Shown one piece after another: positions 6,316 to 8,851 of a DNA stretch of 8,851 bases (position 1 is its first letter; every line of letters starts with the position of its first letter). A program made the translations under genes and the position numbers. Location: the IMG/VR virus record IMGVR_UViG_2713896791_000021. The stretch is one strand, 5' to 3'. Below the pieces are notes generated by a model. The model worked only from the letters and a program-made list of their open reading frames with translations, was not told the origin of the DNA and did not search any database. The stretch comes from a virus (Duplodnaviria > Heunggongvirae > Uroviricota > Caudoviricetes).

Positions 6316-6723
6316 TTATTTGTTTGCGCTTCTTTTGCGAGCTTTAAGTAGTTCTTCAAAAAGTTTGTTGAAATTTTCAACTCGAGCACGCATCTCTGAC
6401 AACAGGGCCTTTTGCTCTGAGTCAGGCAGTGCGTCGAACAGTTGAAGTAACTCTTTTTGATCTTCTGTCAGAATGGCTGGCTGATTATTCGGGATCGGTT
6501 CGCCTGGTTGTTTATCTTCATCCCCAAAAAGAAGCCAAGTCGGTGAGCACTGAAGCGCTTGGCTCAGTGCGAATAATCTTTTCCCCGCCGGCTGTGTTTC
6601 ATCTCTTTCCCATTGAGAAATTGTTACGTGAGCCACTTTGACCAGCTTACCTAATGCGGCCTGAGACAGTTTTAATTTTTTACGCCTATGTAAGAGGCGA
6701 GCACCGAAGGTTTCGTTTTTCAT
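6316..6723 (-). CDS. dicA: Prophage repressor DicA (XRE-family HTH, cI/C2 functional analogue)
   Basis: 135-aa product with HTH (LKLSQAALGKLVKVAHVTISQWERDETQP) and CSPTWLLFGDEDKQP resembling K-12 DicA; divergent from the cro-like gene. There is no SD, and a TAGAAT box ends 8 nt before the ATG, consistent with a leaderless, PRM-like transcript. Confidence 0.9.
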   Translation of the reverse strand: MKNETFGARLLHRRKKLKLSQAALGKLVKVAHVTISQWERDETQPAGKRLFALSQALQCSPTWLLFGDEDKQPGEPIPNNQPAILTEDQKELLQLFDALPDSEQKALLSEMRARVENFNKLFEELLKARKRSANK

Positions 6724-6799
6724 ATTAGGGAATTCTAATTTTTCTTGACTTAGGTTTCTCTACGATCTAGTTTCCTTAGGAAAATCTAAGGAGCTCGAT
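6724..6799. promoter_or_regulatory. Divergent immunity-switch region (OR-like): dicC promoter, dicA promoter and operator-like inverted repeats
   Basis: Plus strand: -35 TTGACT (6745-6750), 17-bp spacer, -10 TAGTTT (6768-6773), then AAGGAG SD (6788-6793) for dicC. Inverted repeat TCCTTAG-N5-CTAAGGA (6773-6791); ATTAG-N6-CTAAT (6724-6739); TTAGG/CCTAA half-sites repeated. Confidence 0.55.
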
Positions 6800-7027
6800 A
6801 TGTTGAAAATTGATGCTATAGCGTTTTTTGGCAGCAAAACAAAGCTTGCCAATGCCGCAGGAGTTAGGTTGGCAAGCATTGCTGCATGGGGGGAACTGGT
6901 TCCTGAAGGTCGCGCGATGCGCCTGCAAGAGGCATCCGGCGGGGAACTTCAGTACGACCCCAAAGTTTATGACGAATATCGTAAGGCAAAGCGGGCGGGG
7001 CGGTTGAACAATGAAAATCACCCCTGA
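6800..7027 (+). CDS. dicC: Cro-like regulator DicC
   Basis: 75-aa product MLKIDAIAFFGSKTKLANAAGVRLASIAAWGELVPEGRAMRLQEASGGELQYDPKVYDEYRKAKRAGRLNNENHP resembles K-12 DicC (recalled). Strong SD AAGGAG 6 nt upstream; divergent from dicA. Confidence 0.85.
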   Translation: MLKIDAIAFFGSKTKLANAAGVRLASIAAWGELVPEGRAMRLQEASGGELQYDPKVYDEYRKAKRAGRLNNENHP

Positions 7028-7562
7028 ACAGGTTTGTGAGGCTCTGGATGCCTGGGTATGTCGACCAGGAATGACACAGGAGCAGGCGACGATATTAATC
7101 ACGGAAGCATTCTGGGCTCTGAAAGAACGCCCGAACATCGATGTTCAACGCGTCACGTTTAATGATGGCGAGGTTGATCAACGGGCGCTGGGCGTTAACC
7201 GGGTGAAGATATTCGAACGCTGGAAAGCTATCGACACCAGGGATAAGCGGGAAAAATTCACGGCGCTGATTCCGGCAATTATGGAGGCTATCCGAATTAG
7301 TGATTTCAGGTTGTATCGTGAGATCAGTGATGGAAAAAGCATTACGTACATGATCGCCGGATTAAACAAAGAATATGGCGATGTGGTGGAGTCCGGGCTG
7401 CTTTTTGCGGATCCAGCTGTTGTGGAACGTGAGACTGACGAGCTTATAGAAAAAGCTATTGCTTTCAAGCATGCGTATCGTCAGCAATATCAATATTACT
7501 TTGCAGATAAACAAATATCTGCCAGGGGTTCGTATGAGTATCGATGCACTACGATGGGCTAA
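7011..7562 (+). CDS. YdaT-like protein (Rac YdaT family; proposed CII-like regulator, also reported as toxic on overexpression)
   Basis: 183-aa ORF directly after the cro-like gene. The motif RWKAIDTRDKREKFTALIPAIMEAIRISDFRL parallels recalled Rac YdaT (RWLKGETKTQREKIQKLIPAILAILPRELRHRL). Overlaps dicC by 17 nt and the next gene by 29 nt. Confidence 0.7.
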   Translation: MKITPEQVCEALDAWVCRPGMTQEQATILITEAFWALKERPNIDVQRVTFNDGEVDQRALGVNRVKIFERWKAIDTRDKREKFTALIPAIMEAIRISDFRLYREISDGKSITYMIAGLNKEYGDVVESGLLFADPAVVERETDELIEKAIAFKHAYRQQYQYYFADKQISARGSYEYRCTTMG

Positions 7563-8574
7563 AAAGGTGAAAACCGGCAGTTCATCCAGTAAGTCTGTAT
7601 TGACCTGGCTTGCTGATATGTGCGGTGCCGATTTGTGTGCATACCCGTCTGTATCTGCACTGGCAGAAGTAACGGAACTGAACAAAAAGACTGTGCAGGA
7701 CAGCTTACGACACCTGATGGAGATTGGGTTAATTGTTGATACCGGTGAGAGAAAAGGCAGAACAAAGCAAATTGTGGTGTACCGACTTATCGGTGTAGAA
7801 GAAAGTGTTGCCGAGCCTGAATACACCCAAAAACGGGTGTCTTTAAAGGTGGGTAAAATTGGTGCTGTTAATAAAAACAGTACCGAAAACGGTTATGTTT
7901 CAGCACAAAAGAGCCCCAAAAACGGAACTCTTTGTTGCATGGAAAATAACCAAAGACACCCAAATTTTCCATCAAAGACACCCAAAAACGGATCACGGAA
8001 CCCAAAGGAACCCAAAGATCTAAACCCCACACATAACGCACGCGAGAGTGCTCCGACCAGTGAGCAGGAAGTTTTGTCGTTACAGGCAGTCCCCCCTGTA
8101 TTCCTGGATGGCCTGAGCGAACCCATCGGAAAATTTCCGATGACCGATAACTGGTATCCGTCACGGGATTTTCGACGACGGGCTGCGTTGTGGGGGATGG
8201 CTTTGCCGGAGACAGAATTCACACCTGCTGAACTTGCCGCATTCCGGGACTACTGGGCAGCGGAGGGGAAAGTGTTTACGCAGGTTCAGTGGGAGCAGAA
8301 ATTCGCCCGTCACGTAAATCACGTCAGGGCGCAGGTTAAACCAGTCAGCAAGGGGGTAAACCATGCAGCAGCACCAGGTGGAACCGCATCACGGGCAGTT
8401 CAGGAAATTCGGGCAGCACGTGAGCAATGGGAACGTGAAAACGGATTTATCAGCGACGGAAACGGCCTGGAAGCTGTGGGAGCTCATGGGGGAGGTTTAT
8501 TCGAACCGCTGGACCCAGAAGAACGGGGCCGCACCTTCGAAGCTCTGGATTGCACAGATTGGCGCGATGACTGA
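7534..8574 (+). CDS. Replication initiator, O-like (N-terminal HTH DNA-binding domain, iteron-encoding linker, C-terminal DnaT-like domain); 3' end as sequenced is probably extended by a frameshift
   Basis: Track ORF 7459..8574; start set at ATG 7534-7536 (MSIDALRWAKK...) with AGGGG 5 nt upstream. N-terminal HTH (SVSALAEVTELNKKTVQDSLRHLMEIGLI); low-complexity K/N/P linker encoded by iteron-like repeats; C-terminal segment FPMTDNWYPSRDFRRRAALWG...FTQVQWEQKFARHV. See the finding on the G5 run at 8352-8356 for the likely true end near 8359. Confidence 0.7.
   Translation: MSIDALRWAKKVKTGSSSSKSVLTWLADMCGADLCAYPSVSALAEVTELNKKTVQDSLRHLMEIGLIVDTGERKGRTKQIVVYRLIGVEESVAEPEYTQKRVSLKVGKIGAVNKNSTENGYVSAQKSPKNGTLCCMENNQRHPNFPSKTPKNGSRNPKEPKDLNPTHNARESAPTSEQEVLSLQAVPPVFLDGLSEPIGKFPMTDNWYPSRDFRRRAALWGMALPETEFTPAELAAFRDYWAAEGKVFTQVQWEQKFARHVNHVRAQVKPVSKGVNHAAAPGGTASRAVQEIRAAREQWERENGFISDGNGLEAVGAHGGGLFEPLDPEERGRTFEALDCTDWRDD
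7914..8017 (+). repeat. Iteron-like direct repeats inside the O-like gene (putative phage replication origin)
   Basis: CCCAAA core at 7915, 7958, 7981, 8001 and 8011. CCCAAAAACGGA occurs twice (7915-7926, 7981-7992), CAAAGACACCCAAA twice (7951-7964, 7973-7986), and GAACCCAAAG is tandem (7998-8007, 8008-8017). Related CCGAAAACGG at 7883-7892. Position inside the initiator gene mirrors lambda ori within O. Confidence 0.5.
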
Positions 8575-8851
8575 GCAGCAAATCCGGCAGGTCTGCCGCC
8601 AGTGCATGGACTGCTGCCGGGCGGGTGAAACATGGCCTCCGGACCTGGCTGAGTTTGTGGCGCTGATTTCGGAAAGCGGGGCCAATCCATTTGGTCTGAC
8701 GGTGGATGCTGTGATGGAGGAGTACCGCCGCTGGCGCAATGAGTCCTGGCGATACGACGGAAGTGATAAGTACCCGTGGTCTCAGCCTGTGCTGTATCAC
8801 ATTTGCCTCGAGATGCGTTCAAAGGGGATTGAACGCCAGATGACCGAAGGG
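8363..8851 (+). CDS. Replication protein P-like helicase loader (5' part; continues beyond window end)
   Basis: Frame open from 8318 to the window end. ATG 8363-8365 is preceded by AGGGGG and a 6-nt spacer. The translation ...AWKLWELMGEVYSNRW...SKLWIAQIGAMTEQQIRQVCRQCMDCCRAGETWPPDLAEFVAL...YPWSQPVLYHICLEMR parallels lambda P (recalled: ...RRQWVLAFRENGITTMEQV...PSPGQFVAWCRE...YPWKSNAHYWLVTNLYQNMR). Alternative starts are ATG 8486 and ATG 8567, the latter overlapping the O-frame stop as ATGACTGA. Confidence 0.55.
   Translation, partial: MQQHQVEPHHGQFRKFGQHVSNGNVKTDLSATETAWKLWELMGEVYSNRWTQKNGAAPSKLWIAQIGAMTEQQIRQVCRQCMDCCRAGETWPPDLAEFVALISESGANPFGLTVDAVMEEYRRWRNESWRYDGSDKYPWSQPVLYHICLEMRSKGIERQMTEG

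Noticed and set aside
6776-7138. Minus-strand 120-aa ORF overlapping dicC, and plus ORF 6429..6641 inside dicA
   Set aside because: Antisense shadows of confidently assigned regulator genes.
7883-8028. Possible CRISPR array suggested by the short direct repeats
   Set aside because: Repeats are 10-14 bp, imperfect and irregularly spaced, with no unique spacers of constant length, and they lie inside a protein-coding gene. They fit replication-origin iterons, not CRISPR.
7178-8822. Minus-strand ORFs 7178..7468, 7362..7826, 7559..7765, 7868..8164, 7893..8222, 8161..8364, 8450..8800, 8484..8822 and 8497..8739
   Set aside because: All are antisense to the YdaT-like, O-like and P-like genes; their Pro/Arg/Ser-rich translations are typical of reverse frames of coding DNA.

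Overview
This 8.85-kb window is part of a dicB/Qin-Rac-type lambdoid prophage from an Escherichia-like enterobacterium: the leftward early arm, the immunity switch and the start of the replication module. Minus strand, right to left: dicA-type repressor, ydfA, ydfB, ydfC, a ~0.9-kb spacer, dicF sRNA, a 40-N assembly gap, dicB division inhibitor, ydfD, an 805-aa YdfE/RecE-like protein ending in a DEDDh-type 3'-5' exonuclease domain, excisionase, tyrosine integrase. Plus strand: dicC (cro-like), a YdaT-like protein, an O-like replication initiator with internal iteron-like repeats, and the 5' part of a P-like helicase loader that runs off the window. Most genes belong to known prophage families, recognised by eye and from memory with no database search run. 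Three things do not fit the standard picture: (i) an AT-rich opposite-strand 114-aa coiled-coil/zinc-ribbon ORF with its own TATAAT box and flanking 16-bp direct repeats inside the dicB-operon spacer; (ii) a Lys where the first catalytic Glu (D-x-E) of the exonuclease domain is expected; (iii) a G5 homopolymer at the O/P junction that leaves the O-like frame open for ~70 extra codons over the P-like gene. I do not see a clearly new multi-gene system; the spacer ORF is the best candidate for something undescribed. No CRISPR array, tRNA or rRNA was seen.
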